A DNA stretch of 64,000 bases from an uncultured SAR86 cluster bacterium (lineage in GTDB: Bacteria > Pseudomonadota > Gammaproteobacteria > Magnimaribacterales > TMED112): NCBI GenBank assembly GCA_902526535.1, contig CABZLG010000001.1, forward strand, positions 10,101-74,100. The letters are read 5' to 3'. A program made the position numbers and the translations under genes. Below are positions 38,194-48,536 of this stretch, in pieces. Position 1 is the stretch's first letter. Each line of letters begins with the position of its first letter. Below the pieces are notes generated by a model that saw only the letters and a list, made by a program, of their open reading frames with translations, searched no databases and was not told where the DNA came from.

Positions 38194-39677
38194 TTGATTT
38201 CCCCTCTATAATTTTCTAAAAAAGTTTCAAAATCTATCTTATCGTTATTTTGCTGAACTAAGTATTCTTTTCTCGATGCTTTAGCCTCTAAGGACATCTT
38301 TTTTAAAAATTCTTTCGACAGATTTAAACTTTGTTTTTTTGATTTAGAGCTTATGAAATTCACTATTGAATTATTTGATAAATCATCAACAATTTGCTTC
38401 GATAGTGGTGCTTCATTTCTTCTATAAAATTCCTTAAACATATTTTTATGGCTCTCTTTAAAACCAATTGCATTTGATAGGCTTTCAAGTGATTCTAAAA
38501 ATTCTTGTGTTAATACTTTAATACTTTTTTCTGCATCACCTTTTTCAAAACTGCAAATCAAATTACAATCCTGACCAGATTCAGAGGCACGTCTTATATT
38601 TTCTTTGATCTTAATTTCTTCGATAGGATCAATCTTTTCGCTACCACATAAAATACAATATATTGATAAAAGTTCTAGAAACTCAATTTCAATTTGAGAA
38701 ATTCCAAAAGGTGTGTAAGGGTTCAAATCTATAGATCGTAACTCAAGATACTTTATTCCCCCCTTTTTTAACTGATTATATTGACGCTCATTTGTCGTAA
38801 ATTCTCCCTTTGGTCTTATATGATTATAGAGTTCACTCTCCATTTGAATTGTCCCATTATTAATTTGTTTTGGATTTGTTAGTTCGATTTCAATTTCTTT
38901 AAATCTTTTATTTGGAACATTTATGTAGTACTTAATTATTTCGAGATAATCTTTCAATGAATTGAAATTAATAAATTTCTGCTCTTGCTCCTCTGAGTAA
39001 TATCCTAATTTACTCACCCTCAAAGATGTGGCTTTAGGTAAATAACAGTCTGTTCTATTAAGAAATTGTGCATTTATATCTCTATCCTTAATAAAAGATT
39101 TATGAGCAACAGGTGATGCCCCTATAACTCTCAAAACTTGAGGAAAGATACGAAGAAAATTTCTGCATGCGCAGAGATAGATCTCATCTTTGTTTCCACC
39201 AAGAGAATCAATAACCGAGCTTGAGAAAGATATATTAAAGTGAATGCCTGCTGTACTTTGCATCTTATCTCCATATCTATTTCTTAAGCCCAACCTGTAA
39301 AGATAGGCTAATTTTGATTTATTTATATCACCTGAAGATGGAAGAGTAATGTACTTTTTTTTAAATTTTGGCGGCATTGAATAATTCCACAAAAAATCAC
39401 CCTCAATTTGCTGCTCTAAATATAAATGAAGATTTTCTAAAAATTTTAACAATTCCAGATTATCCTCAAAAGGTGGCGTAACAATTTCAAAGTGAGGCTC
39501 TGAATAATCAAGTGTGATGTACTTGTTAAAATGATGATTGCCTAGATTATCAGGAAATTTATTGCCTGAAATTTTGCCTTCTCTATCTGTTCGAAGATTT
39601 TCTTTTTCTAACCCTTTATATGTCTTTTTATCAGATGCTAAGAAAGCTTTAACTTTATTTCGGTTGATTGCAACCAT
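38190..39677 (-). CDS. gshA: Glutamate-cysteine ligase
   Basis: GLEKENLR, ITLDYSE, GIHFN, ATSLR, IRPK, YLELRSIDLNP. Confidence 0.93.
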   Translation of the reverse strand: MVAINRNKVKAFLASDKKTYKGLEKENLRTDREGKISGNKFPDNLGNHHFNKYITLDYSEPHFEIVTPPFEDNLELLKFLENLHLYLEQQIEGDFLWNYSMPPKFKKKYITLPSSGDINKSKLAYLYRLGLRNRYGDKMQSTAGIHFNISFSSSVIDSLGGNKDEIYLCACRNFLRIFPQVLRVIGASPVAHKSFIKDRDINAQFLNRTDCYLPKATSLRVSKLGYYSEEQEQKFINFNSLKDYLEIIKYYINVPNKRFKEIEIELTNPKQINNGTIQMESELYNHIRPKGEFTTNERQYNQLKKGGIKYLELRSIDLNPYTPFGISQIEIEFLELLSIYCILCGSEKIDPIEEIKIKENIRRASESGQDCNLICSFEKGDAEKSIKVLTQEFLESLESLSNAIGFKESHKNMFKEFYRRNEAPLSKQIVDDLSNNSIVNFISSKSKKQSLNLSKEFLKKMSLEAKASRKEYLVQQNNDKIDFETFLENYRGEIN

Positions 39678-39693
39678 GAAACAATAATACTTA

Positions 39694-41217
39694 TTATTTT
39701 GGACCAGAAGCAAGAATCTCTTCGCTTACTTCAAATTTTTTGATGTTATGTTTAAATCTTTGTGCCAATTTTTCTGCTTCATAGTCATACATATCTTTAT
39801 TTTCCCATGCCTCTCTTGGGTTTAGATATTTTTCATCTACTCCAGATATTTTATTTGGAATTATTAAATTTAAAGATTCCATATGATAAGTATCATTATG
39901 GTCAATGGCATTATCTTGTATTGCTGAGATAATTGCTCGAGTTACAGGAATAGGAAATCTTTTTCCTACTCCATATCCACCTCCTGTCCAGCCAGTATTT
40001 ACAAGATAAACTTTTGTATCCATTTTTTCGATTCTTTTTATAAGCAAATCTGCATATACGCCAGCAGGTCTCGGAAAAAACGGGGCTCCAAAGCAAGTTG
40101 AAAAAGTGAAATCCATTGATTTTGTACTTCCTACTTCGGTAGAACCTACTTTAGCGGTATAGCCACTCAAGAAATGATAAGCAGCTGAAGTTTTATTTAG
40201 TATGCTCACTGGTGGTAATACTCCCGATAAATCACAAGTTAAAAAAATAATATTATCTGGTTCTATACCTTCATTTTCTGGAACGCTATTTTCAATAAAT
40301 TCTCTTGGATAGCAGCATCTTGTATTCTCTGTATATTTATCACTATCATAGTCGGGGTTTCCTTGGGTGTCGGTATCAACATTTTCTAAAACAGTCCCAA
40401 ACTTAATTGCATCCCAAATCAATGGTTCATTTTCTTTAGAAAGCTTTATGCACTTAGCATAACAACCACCCTCAAAATTAAAGACTGTGCCATCGCCCCA
40501 TCCATGCTCATCATCTCCAATAAGCGAACACTTAGGATCTGCCGATAGCGTTGTTTTGCCTGTTCCAGATAAACCAAAAAATAATGTTGTTCGTCCATCT
40601 GAGGTTTGATTTGCAGAGCAGTGCATAGGAAGTACATTTTTTTCAGGCAATAGAAAGTTTTGTACAGCAAACATAGATTTCTTCATTTCACCAGCATATT
40701 TCATACCAGCAATCAAAACCTTTCTTTTATGAAAATTGATTATCACACAACCATCAGAATTTGTTTTATCAACTTCGGGGTCACAAATAAAATCAGGAGC
40801 CGAAAGTAACTGCCAAACTTCTTTATTCTCCGAGTTATATTTATCAGGAACAATAAAGATTAATTTTGAAAAGAGAGAATGCCATGCTTTTTCACACTTT
40901 ACTTCTACTGGAATATAGTGATCTGTATTTGAACCAACATGAATTTCTGTTTTGTAGTGTTTTTTGTTACTTAAATAATCGTAAACTTTGTCCCATAGAT
41001 TATTAAAATCATCTGAATTAAAAGGCTGATTAACCTTACCCCATTCAATTTGATCCCTAGTACTGACTTCTTCTACAATGAATCTATCTTTTGGACTTCT
41101 GCCTGTCCTACTTCCAGTTAAGGCAAGAAATGCGCCGTTGCTGGCAAGTTTTCCTTCATCATTAGCAACTGCTTCTTCAATAAGTTTTGAATTAGATAAA
41201 ATTTGTTCTTTTGACAT
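39694..41217 (-). CDS. pckA: PEP carboxykinase (ATP)
   Basis: [37 protein letters not shown]. Confidence 0.98.
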   Translation of the reverse strand: MSKEQILSNSKLIEEAVANDEGKLASNGAFLALTGSRTGRSPKDRFIVEEVSTRDQIEWGKVNQPFNSDDFNNLWDKVYDYLSNKKHYKTEIHVGSNTDHYIPVEVKCEKAWHSLFSKLIFIVPDKYNSENKEVWQLLSAPDFICDPEVDKTNSDGCVIINFHKRKVLIAGMKYAGEMKKSMFAVQNFLLPEKNVLPMHCSANQTSDGRTTLFFGLSGTGKTTLSADPKCSLIGDDEHGWGDGTVFNFEGGCYAKCIKLSKENEPLIWDAIKFGTVLENVDTDTQGNPDYDSDKYTENTRCCYPREFIENSVPENEGIEPDNIIFLTCDLSGVLPPVSILNKTSAAYHFLSGYTAKVGSTEVGSTKSMDFTFSTCFGAPFFPRPAGVYADLLIKRIEKMDTKVYLVNTGWTGGGYGVGKRFPIPVTRAIISAIQDNAIDHNDTYHMESLNLIIPNKISGVDEKYLNPREAWENKDMYDYEAEKLAQRFKHNIKKFEVSEEILASGPK

Positions 41218-41234
41218 TAAAGGTAGCCCAATAT

Positions 41235-41738
41235 TTATTTACTCATATTTGTAAAAATTAAAAGGTATCTTAACAGTATTAATAAAATCATTGAAGCAAA
41301 ATAGACTGTTGACCATTCGGCAATATTAAAAGACAAAAACGTCCAAACTTCTTCTGCACACTTGCTGCTACCAATGAAAATTTTTTGAATACCTTCAAAA
41401 AATGGATAAATATTAAATACAACATCAAAGGGCATGTCACATAAACCATCAGGCAGCTTATCCTTAGGCAAATTTTGTAAATATATTTGTCTACTTCCTG
41501 CTGACAGACCTATAGTTAAGGCTAAGACTCCAAGGATATCAAAAAAAGTTTTTAATATCGGCGTTAACATCTTAAACAGAAAAATTACAAAAATAGTTCG
41601 AGCTGCATAAGATTGAATTAAACATAGATTACACGGCTTAAGGCCCTCTATGTTTTCAAGATAATATTGACTTAAAACAACAAATCCCGAGCAAAAAGTA
41701 ATAAAAAAATCTAAATAGTTTTGAAAAAATGCTTTCAC
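41235..41738 (-). CDS. dsbB: Disulfide bond formation protein B
   Basis: PCNLC, second Cys pair (GLC...KC), four TM helices. Confidence 0.88.
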   Translation of the reverse strand: MKAFFQNYLDFFITFCSGFVVLSQYYLENIEGLKPCNLCLIQSYAARTIFVIFLFKMLTPILKTFFDILGVLALTIGLSAGSRQIYLQNLPKDKLPDGLCDMPFDVVFNIYPFFEGIQKIFIGSSKCAEEVWTFLSFNIAEWSTVYFASMILLILLRYLLIFTNMSK

Positions 41739-41761
41739 AATTAAGTATTATATATACTTCT

Positions 41762-44416
41762 ATGAAATTTCAACCGAACGTTATTCTAATAGATGGAACC
41801 TCATATATTTATCGAGCATTCCATGCTTTGCCACCTTTAACTACATCAACTGGTAAACCTACTGGAGCAACTAGAGGATTTGCAGCGATGTTGAATAAAT
41901 TAATAAAAACGTATCCTGAAACACCAATGGTTATGGTCTTTGATGCAAAGGGAAAAAATTTTAGAAATGATTATTATGAAAAATATAAAGCAAATAGACC
42001 TCCCATGCCCAATGAACTTAGACATCAGATTGAGGATATAAAAAAATTATGTGGTTTGTTTAATTTTACAGTTCAGGAAATTGAGGACGTTGAAGCAGAT
42101 GATGTTATTGCTACTTTAGTCTCTAATCTTTCTGAAGATAAAATTTTAATATCTTCTCCAGACAAAGATTTAACTCAGTTAGTTAGTAAAAATGTGATTC
42201 AACATAATTCAATGAGTGATATATTCTTCGATGAAAATGGCGTTAAAGAAAAATTTGGAGTTTTTCCAAATAAAGTGGCTGAATTGCTGGCTTTAGTAGG
42301 AGATAAATCAGATAACATCCCTGGAATTACAAAAGTGGGAGAAAAAACTGCCGCTAAATGGCTTAATGAATACGGAAGTTTGGATGAAGTTATAAAAAAT
42401 GCTGAAAATCTCACAGGAAAAGTTGGTGAAAATCTTAGAGAGGAAAAAAATGTTCTACAGAGAAATTTCTTTTTGGTCAGCTTAAAAAGTGATATTAATT
42501 TAGAACTTCAAAAAAGTGACATCTCAACTCCAAAAGCTAATAGTAGTGGACTTCAAGAATTTTATAAGGGTCTAGAATTCAATACATTTATTGAACATGA
42601 AGATAATAAAAGTGCAAGTGTAGAGTACAAGTCTGTAATATCTCTTGAGGAGCTGGAGAATCTTTCATCTCAATTTTATAACTGTGACTACTTTAGCTTT
42701 GATACTGAAACAACATCATTGGATGTAAATATTGCACAAATAGTTGGTTTTTCTTTTTGCTTTGAGTCTGGAAAAGCCTTTTACGTGCCATTAGAACACA
42801 ATGAGAGCACAGATCTTTCAAAAGATATCGGAATAAAATGGCTAAAAGAAGTCCTTCCTAAAAACTGTTCAAAGCTTATAGGGCAAAATTTAAAATATGA
42901 TTTAGCAGTTCTTTCAAAAGAAGGAATTTATCTAGAGTCATTTCTTGCTGACACGATGCTTATGTCATACGTATTAAATAGCACTGCATCAAGACACAAC
43001 CTAGATGCACTTTCTGAGTATTATCTTAATTTTAAAACTATTAAATATGAGGATGTAATAGGAAAAGGAGCAAAGAAATACAAATCATTTGCTGATGTGC
43101 CAATTAAAGAAGCAACAAATTATGCCGCTGAAGATGCTGACATAACTTTGCGATTATATCAAAAGTTCTGTGATCTGCTTGATAAAGAAACTCAGGATAT
43201 TTTAATAAATATGGAATATCCATTATTAATTGTTTTAATGCAAATGGAGAAAGATGGAGCACGTATAGACACCGGACATCTTAAAAAATTATCAAATAAT
43301 TTTGGTGATCAACTTATGAAATTAGCAAAAAAAATACACGATATTTCTGGCTCTATCTTTAATATTGATTCACCAAAACAACTTAGCGAAATACTTTTTG
43401 AAAAATTAAAAATTGAAACAAAAGGTCTTAAAAAAACTAGTACTGGATATTATTCGACATCAGAGAATGTGTTGCAGAAATTGGCTACTGAAAATCCTAT
43501 TGTTAAAGATATTCTTAACTACAGGTCATTAGCAAAATTGAAAAGTACTTATACAGATAAGTTGTCCGAGATTTGTGATGCCTCTTCCAGAGTTCATACG
43601 TCCTATCAGCAAGCAGTAACATCAACAGGAAGACTATCTTCTTCTGAACCTAATCTTCAAAATATACCCATTAGAACCCCAGAGGGAGTGACAATACGAG
43701 AAGCTTTTGTGGCTTCAGAGGGCAAAAAGATTCTAGCAATGGACTACTCACAAATAGAATTGAGACTGATGGCACATTATTCCAAAGATCAAATTATGCT
43801 AGATTCTTTTAAAAATAATGAGGATATTCACAAAAGAACAGCATCAGAGGTTTTCTCAGTTGAAATGGAAAATGTAACAGATGAAATGCGGAGAAGGGCA
43901 AAAACTATTAATTTTGGTTTGCTCTATGGAATGAGTGCTTTTGGTCTTTCAAATCAATTGTCCGTATCTAGGGCAGAAGCTGAAGAGTTCCTTCTAAATT
44001 ATTTTGCTAAATATTCCTCCATAAAAATATTTATGAAAGATGTTATAGAACAAGCAAAAAAAGATAAATACGTGTCTACTCTCTATGGCAGGAAAATTCA
44101 TGTTCCTAATATTGAGTCATCAAATTATATGCTTAGACAAGCCTCAGAAAGAGCAGCAGTTAATGGTCCTTTGCAAGGAAGTGCAGCGGATATTATCAAA
44201 AGAGCAATGATTAATATCTTTAAAGAATCTGGAAGGAATGAAAAGGGTGTAAAAATGATACTGCAAGTTCATGATGAGTTAGTATTCGAGGTTCCGGAAG
44301 ATTATGATGAAAAAAATATTTCTTACTTAATTGATTTGATGGAAGAAAGTTCTTCGATTGATGTTCCACTTAAAGTTGAGTACGGCTTTGGCTCAAATTG
44401 GCGAGAGGCTCATTAG
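41762..44416 (+). CDS. polA: DNA polymerase I
   Basis: LIDG..YRAFHA 5' nuclease, FDTETT exo I, PNLQNIP, DYSQIELR, LQVHDEL. Confidence 0.98.
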   Translation: MKFQPNVILIDGTSYIYRAFHALPPLTTSTGKPTGATRGFAAMLNKLIKTYPETPMVMVFDAKGKNFRNDYYEKYKANRPPMPNELRHQIEDIKKLCGLFNFTVQEIEDVEADDVIATLVSNLSEDKILISSPDKDLTQLVSKNVIQHNSMSDIFFDENGVKEKFGVFPNKVAELLALVGDKSDNIPGITKVGEKTAAKWLNEYGSLDEVIKNAENLTGKVGENLREEKNVLQRNFFLVSLKSDINLELQKSDISTPKANSSGLQEFYKGLEFNTFIEHEDNKSASVEYKSVISLEELENLSSQFYNCDYFSFDTETTSLDVNIAQIVGFSFCFESGKAFYVPLEHNESTDLSKDIGIKWLKEVLPKNCSKLIGQNLKYDLAVLSKEGIYLESFLADTMLMSYVLNSTASRHNLDALSEYYLNFKTIKYEDVIGKGAKKYKSFADVPIKEATNYAAEDADITLRLYQKFCDLLDKETQDILINMEYPLLIVLMQMEKDGARIDTGHLKKLSNNFGDQLMKLAKKIHDISGSIFNIDSPKQLSEILFEKLKIETKGLKKTSTGYYSTSENVLQKLATENPIVKDILNYRSLAKLKSTYTDKLSEICDASSRVHTSYQQAVTSTGRLSSSEPNLQNIPIRTPEGVTIREAFVASEGKKILAMDYSQIELRLMAHYSKDQIMLDSFKNNEDIHKRTASEVFSVEMENVTDEMRRRAKTINFGLLYGMSAFGLSNQLSVSRAEAEEFLLNYFAKYSSIKIFMKDVIEQAKKDKYVSTLYGRKIHVPNIESSNYMLRQASERAAVNGPLQGSAADIIKRAMINIFKESGRNEKGVKMILQVHDELVFEVPEDYDEKNISYLIDLMEESSSIDVPLKVEYGFGSNWREAH

Positions 44417-44997
44417 ATTAGTTTATCGATTTTTTTTGCTAGGGTCGTTACCAATCCAATGTCTTTATTACTTAAAAGATAAAAGCTCTGAAAATTTTCT
44501 TCAAAGCTTTTTGAAACTTCGATTATTTGCTCATTCTTAAGCTTGTCTATTTTTGTAAGCACGATATGAAATGGCAAATTGAGTTTGTTGAGATACTCAA
44601 TCATTTGTATGTCAGTTTCTTTAATTTTCTTTGATTTATAGAAGGAATTTGAGTCAATAAATAGAAAAGCATATTTTAAATTTTCTCTTTCTTCAAAATA
44701 TCTGGGTAATTCCTTCTGCCAAGACTTGATTTGAGATTTTGAAATATTTGCAAAACCGTATCCAGGAAAATCAACAATAAAATTATTATCTTTTTTAAAA
44801 TAATTAAATAACTTTGTTTTCCCTGGTTTCTTACTGGTATAAGAAAGCTTTTTATTATTTGCCAATAAATTAATAGCAGAGGACTTGCCTGAGTTAGATG
44901 CTCCTACAAATGCAATTTCCTGACAATTTACACTTGGTATTTGTTCAAAAAATTCATAACTAGCAAAAAATTCTAAATTTATAGTATGACGGTCCAT
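44413..44997 (-). CDS. engB: Ribosome biogenesis GTPase YihA/EngB
   Basis: GASNSGKSS, SKKPGKT, DFPGYG, TKID; convergent with polA. Confidence 0.95.
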   Translation of the reverse strand: MDRHTINLEFFASYEFFEQIPSVNCQEIAFVGASNSGKSSAINLLANNKKLSYTSKKPGKTKLFNYFKKDNNFIVDFPGYGFANISKSQIKSWQKELPRYFEERENLKYAFLFIDSNSFYKSKKIKETDIQMIEYLNKLNLPFHIVLTKIDKLKNEQIIEVSKSFEENFQSFYLLSNKDIGLVTTLAKKIDKLI

Positions 44998-45031
44998 ATT
45001 TCGAAAAAACTTGTTATATAATCATTTTCGC

Positions 45032-45607
45032 ATGTTTAGATTGTTTTCAATAATTCTAGTTGCCTTTCCATTATTGGCTCAACCAAAGCTAAATGTCGAC
45101 TATATTGAAATACCCGAAGGATTAGTCAAAGAAAAGGGTGTAACTGAAATCTTTTGGTACGGTTGTCCGGCTTGTTTAGAGTATGAAAATACTCTTAAAA
45201 AGATCAAAGAAATAGATCCAACTATTGAAGTAAACAAGATTCCTCAATTTAGACTTCCAGCAGCAAAAACCTATTACACCATTGAGGCGTTAAATCTTGG
45301 TGATGAAGTTCACGATAAAGTATTTAAAGACTGGCAACTAAAAAGAAAACCACTTGGTAGTGATAAAGATGTAGAAAACTTTGCGAAAAGACATAATCTT
45401 GATGTTGAAAATTTCATGAGAGTTTACAACTCTTTTAGCATAAATATAAAAGCTAAAAATGCCATAGTCGTTCCAAGAAAACTTATTGAAAATGGAATAG
45501 ATTTCAAAGGCACACCAACTGTTGTAGTTAATGGTAAATATATTGTGACAAGACAAAGAAACGTGAGTAAAGAGATAGAGAATATAATCTTTCTTTTGAA
45601 TAAGTAA
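45032..45607 (+). CDS. dsbA: Thiol:disulfide oxidoreductase DsbA
   Basis: Signal peptide, EIFWYGCPAC, GTP cis-Pro loop, VNGKY. Confidence 0.92.
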   Translation: MFRLFSIILVAFPLLAQPKLNVDYIEIPEGLVKEKGVTEIFWYGCPACLEYENTLKKIKEIDPTIEVNKIPQFRLPAAKTYYTIEALNLGDEVHDKVFKDWQLKRKPLGSDKDVENFAKRHNLDVENFMRVYNSFSINIKAKNAIVVPRKLIENGIDFKGTPTVVVNGKYIVTRQRNVSKEIENIIFLLNK

Positions 45608-45643
45608 CTTGAAATAAAAAAATTTATATAAATAAAAGTATTA

Positions 45644-46039
45644 ATGAAAAATTTGATTTACCTTCCACTTTTAATATCAGGTCTTCTCTTTGCAGATGAT
45701 TATGAAGATGAAGTAAGAGACAGACTTAATAAATATTCGGGAAGTACTATTGCTGTTGATAATGGATCGCAAGAGGGTGAGGAAGTTATCTCAAGGAGTG
45801 GTAAGGAAGTTTACGATATTGGGTGTGCTGCATGCCATACTGCAGGCCTAGCCGGTTCTCCATTATTAGGCGATCAATCTCAATGGGAACCTAGACTTGT
45901 GAAAGGCGTAGAGACATTAACAAATAATGCCTACAACGGCTACAATGCAATGCCTGCGAAAGGTCTTTGTATGGATTGCTCAAAAGAAGAAATAAGAGCT
46001 TCAGTAGATTACATGCTCGAGGCTTTAACAGTCGACTAG
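45644..46039 (+). CDS. Cytochrome c5 family
   Basis: Signal peptide, CAACH, AMPAKGLCMDC. Confidence 0.93.
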   Translation: MKNLIYLPLLISGLLFADDYEDEVRDRLNKYSGSTIAVDNGSQEGEEVISRSGKEVYDIGCAACHTAGLAGSPLLGDQSQWEPRLVKGVETLTNNAYNGYNAMPAKGLCMDCSKEEIRASVDYMLEALTVD

Positions 46040-46212
46040 ACTTTCTTTTCTAGCTCTTCAATTTTTTTTTCTAACTGATCAATTTTTGTAATTAGTTGTT
46101 CTAGCTCATCTTTTTTAACAAAACCAGAATCTTTCATAAATTTTTCAAGGGCAGGTTTTACCATTTTTTCCATACCTTTTAAATCTTTACCCATTCCAAA
46201 CGGATGAAACAT
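46036..46212 (-). CDS. Small coiled-coil protein, UbiK/BMFP-like (58 aa, not in ORF track)
   Basis: Hand-translated MFHPFGMGKDLKGMEKMVKPALEKFMKDSGFVKKDELEQLITKIDQLEKKIEELEKKV; GGAG RBS; fills the gap exactly. Confidence 0.65.
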   Translation of the reverse strand: MFHPFGMGKDLKGMEKMVKPALEKFMKDSGFVKKDELEQLITKIDQLEKKIEELEKKV

Positions 46213-46933
46213 TTTCTCTCTCCAAAATAAAATTTTTATTAATTAGATTGTAGACCTCTTTCCAATTTTTAGCTTGTAATTCACATGGAAAAATCTCAGT
46301 CCACTTTTCTCCCTCAGAATTAAACCATATGGTGTTAAAGTTACAATTTCTTGCACCTCCTACATCATTTATAGGGCAGTCTCCTATGTGTAAGACTTCA
46401 TCAGCTTCGCATTTTGTAAATTCTAAAGCTTTCAAAAAATGATCTGGCGATGGCTTGTTGCTTTGAACATCTTTTGAATTAACAGAGAAATCAAATATAT
46501 GATCTATACCAATAAGCTTCAGATCTGCATTTCCATTTGAAAGAGAAGCAACCTTTGTTTTTCTAAAGAGTCTTTCAATAATAATTTTTGCATCTTTGTA
46601 GAGTTGAACTTTATTTCTAGATTTAAAGAATTCATTAAAAGCTTCATTACTATAGTAAGTAGCTTCGCTTTCATCAGCTCCGACTTCTTCAAGAATGTGC
46701 TTAATAATTTCTTTTCTAAAAGTGGTTAAATCGAATTTTAAATGAGGTTTTTTTTCAACTAGAGTTACTCTAATTTCACTTATGCGCTTATCGTCATAGT
46801 CATTATATATTTCTGGAAATTTTGTGAATACAAAATCCCACATCGCTTTTTCTGCCTCAACAATTACTTTGTTATTCGGCCACACAGTATTATCCAAATC
46901 TAATGTAATGAGTTTAATTTTCTTTCTTTGCAT
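46187..46933 (-). CDS. HAD-family hydrolase (YigB-like)
   Basis: DLDNT, SNGN, KP, HIGD...D; follows xerC. Confidence 0.9.
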   Translation of the reverse strand: MQRKKIKLITLDLDNTVWPNNKVIVEAEKAMWDFVFTKFPEIYNDYDDKRISEIRVTLVEKKPHLKFDLTTFRKEIIKHILEEVGADESEATYYSNEAFNEFFKSRNKVQLYKDAKIIIERLFRKTKVASLSNGNADLKLIGIDHIFDFSVNSKDVQSNKPSPDHFLKALEFTKCEADEVLHIGDCPINDVGGARNCNFNTIWFNSEGEKWTEIFPCELQAKNWKEVYNLINKNFILERENVSSVWNG

Positions 46934-47795
46934 GAGGATGTGAGGCATCATAAATTTTTGCCAGTTGTTGGAAATTAAGTTTAGTATAAATCTGAGTTGT
47001 TGTGAGGCTGCTATGTCCCAACATTTCTTGAATCGATCTTAAGTCTCCACTTGATTCAAGGAGATGAGATGCAAAACTATGTCTCAGCATATGCGGATGT
47101 ACAGGTTGCATGCCTTGCGAAACTGAGATTTTATACAATCTTTGCTGGAAAGCTCTCACAGAAATTCTATTACCATATTTATTAGTAAAAAAAGCATCAG
47201 TTTTGATTCCTTTGGTCTCTCTAAAACTAATCCAATCTTGAATTGCTATTTGCGCAAATTTGCCAACGGGTATTAGCCTCTCTTTTTTTCCTTTTCCATA
47301 AACTTTTACAAAAGAGTAATTTGACTCAAAAGAAGATAAATTTAATCCAACTGCTTCTGAAACTCTTAATCCTGAAGAGTAGAGCAGTTCTAAAAAAGCT
47401 TTATCCCTGAAGTCTGACATTGTTTTAGGTTCAAATGAAAGTAGTTTTGCAACATCTTCCGGTGGCAAAGCCTTAGGCAAGGTTTCATTAAGTTTTGGAC
47501 TTTGAATATTTTCAAAAACGTTCTCATCGATTTCTTCCATCTTTTTTAAATATCTAAAAAAATTTCTTAAAGAAGAAAGATTTCTCAAGATAGAGCGATT
47601 ACTGAGTCCTTTTTTTCTTAAATCAAAAATCCAGGAAGTTACATCTTGTTGCTCTAATGACTTTAAACTTATTTTGGTTTTAGATAAAAAGGCTAGAAAT
47701 CTCTTAACATCTCTCTCATAGTTTGAAATTGTATGATTAGAGTAATTTTTTACTCTCAGAAAAGTTTTTAAATTTTCAAAAATATTCTCTTTCAT
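46914..47795 (-). CDS. xerC: Tyrosine recombinase XerC
   Basis: SGLRVSE, GKGKKER, HPHMLRHSFASH, LGH, TTQIY; dapF-xerC-HAD order. Confidence 0.93.
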   Translation of the reverse strand: MKENIFENLKTFLRVKNYSNHTISNYERDVKRFLAFLSKTKISLKSLEQQDVTSWIFDLRKKGLSNRSILRNLSSLRNFFRYLKKMEEIDENVFENIQSPKLNETLPKALPPEDVAKLLSFEPKTMSDFRDKAFLELLYSSGLRVSEAVGLNLSSFESNYSFVKVYGKGKKERLIPVGKFAQIAIQDWISFRETKGIKTDAFFTNKYGNRISVRAFQQRLYKISVSQGMQPVHPHMLRHSFASHLLESSGDLRSIQEMLGHSSLTTTQIYTKLNFQQLAKIYDASHPHAKKEN

Positions 47796-48468
47796 CAAAT
47801 TTACTTTTATTAATTATTTCAGTGTTTGCTTCTGTGCATATTTTATTGTCATCTTTTTTATAGCAGATCATTTGACCCCCTCTAGAATTAAGAAAAATTT
47901 TATCTAACGAAGGATTCTTCCTAAAGATTACAAAAGCTGTTGCAGAACTTCCACTTCCACATGAAAGCGTTTCACCTACACCTGCTTCAAAAGTCCTTAT
48001 CAGAAACTTATCACCAAAATTACGTTTATAGATATTTAAATTAAAATTATCTGAATTAAAGAATTTCCCTGTTTTTTGATATTCATTTTCAAAGTCATCA
48101 TCTATTAAATTTTCAGATTCCCAAACAATGTGATAATTGATTGTGTCGACATAAGTTAATCCATCTAAAAGTTCCTTGTAATCATTAATTCTCACAGTGG
48201 CTTTAATATTTTTAGCTATTGGTTTATCTCCATTCAATAAGGCCTTTATACACCTTTTTCCATTAATGCAGTTTAGCGCAGGTGTTCCATCTCGGTTAAA
48301 AATTTTTAAATCCATAAAAGATGTGTCATTTTGTTTATGTATTAGTAACTGGTCAAATTTAAGGTCTTTATTTTGATTTAGCTTTTTAAAAGAGCACTTC
48401 GTAATTTTTTCATCTTTAGTAATGATAAAGGAGTTGCCATTACAGTGCATTTTTACAAATTCAATCAT
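47776..48468 (-). CDS. dapF: Diaminopimelate epimerase (shortened, divergent)
   Basis: FVKMH.NGNSF, FDQLL, IFNRDG, NCING, RTFEAGVGETLSCGSG. Confidence 0.85.
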   Translation of the reverse strand: MIEFVKMHCNGNSFIITKDEKITKCSFKKLNQNKDLKFDQLLIHKQNDTSFMDLKIFNRDGTPALNCINGKRCIKALLNGDKPIAKNIKATVRINDYKELLDGLTYVDTINYHIVWESENLIDDDFENEYQKTGKFFNSDNFNLNIYKRNFGDKFLIRTFEAGVGETLSCGSGSSATAFVIFRKNPSLDKIFLNSRGGQMICYKKDDNKICTEANTEIINKSKFDEREYF

Positions 48469-48536
48469 ATAATTTTTTAATACTCGTTTATTTTTTAATT
48501 TCAATTATATAATTGACCTGAGGTTTTTTTCTTAAA

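Noticed and set aside
46914-47795. Tyrosine recombinase as a possible prophage or island integrase
   Set aside because: Sits in the conserved dapF-xerC-HAD order; no att repeats, tRNA or cargo genes
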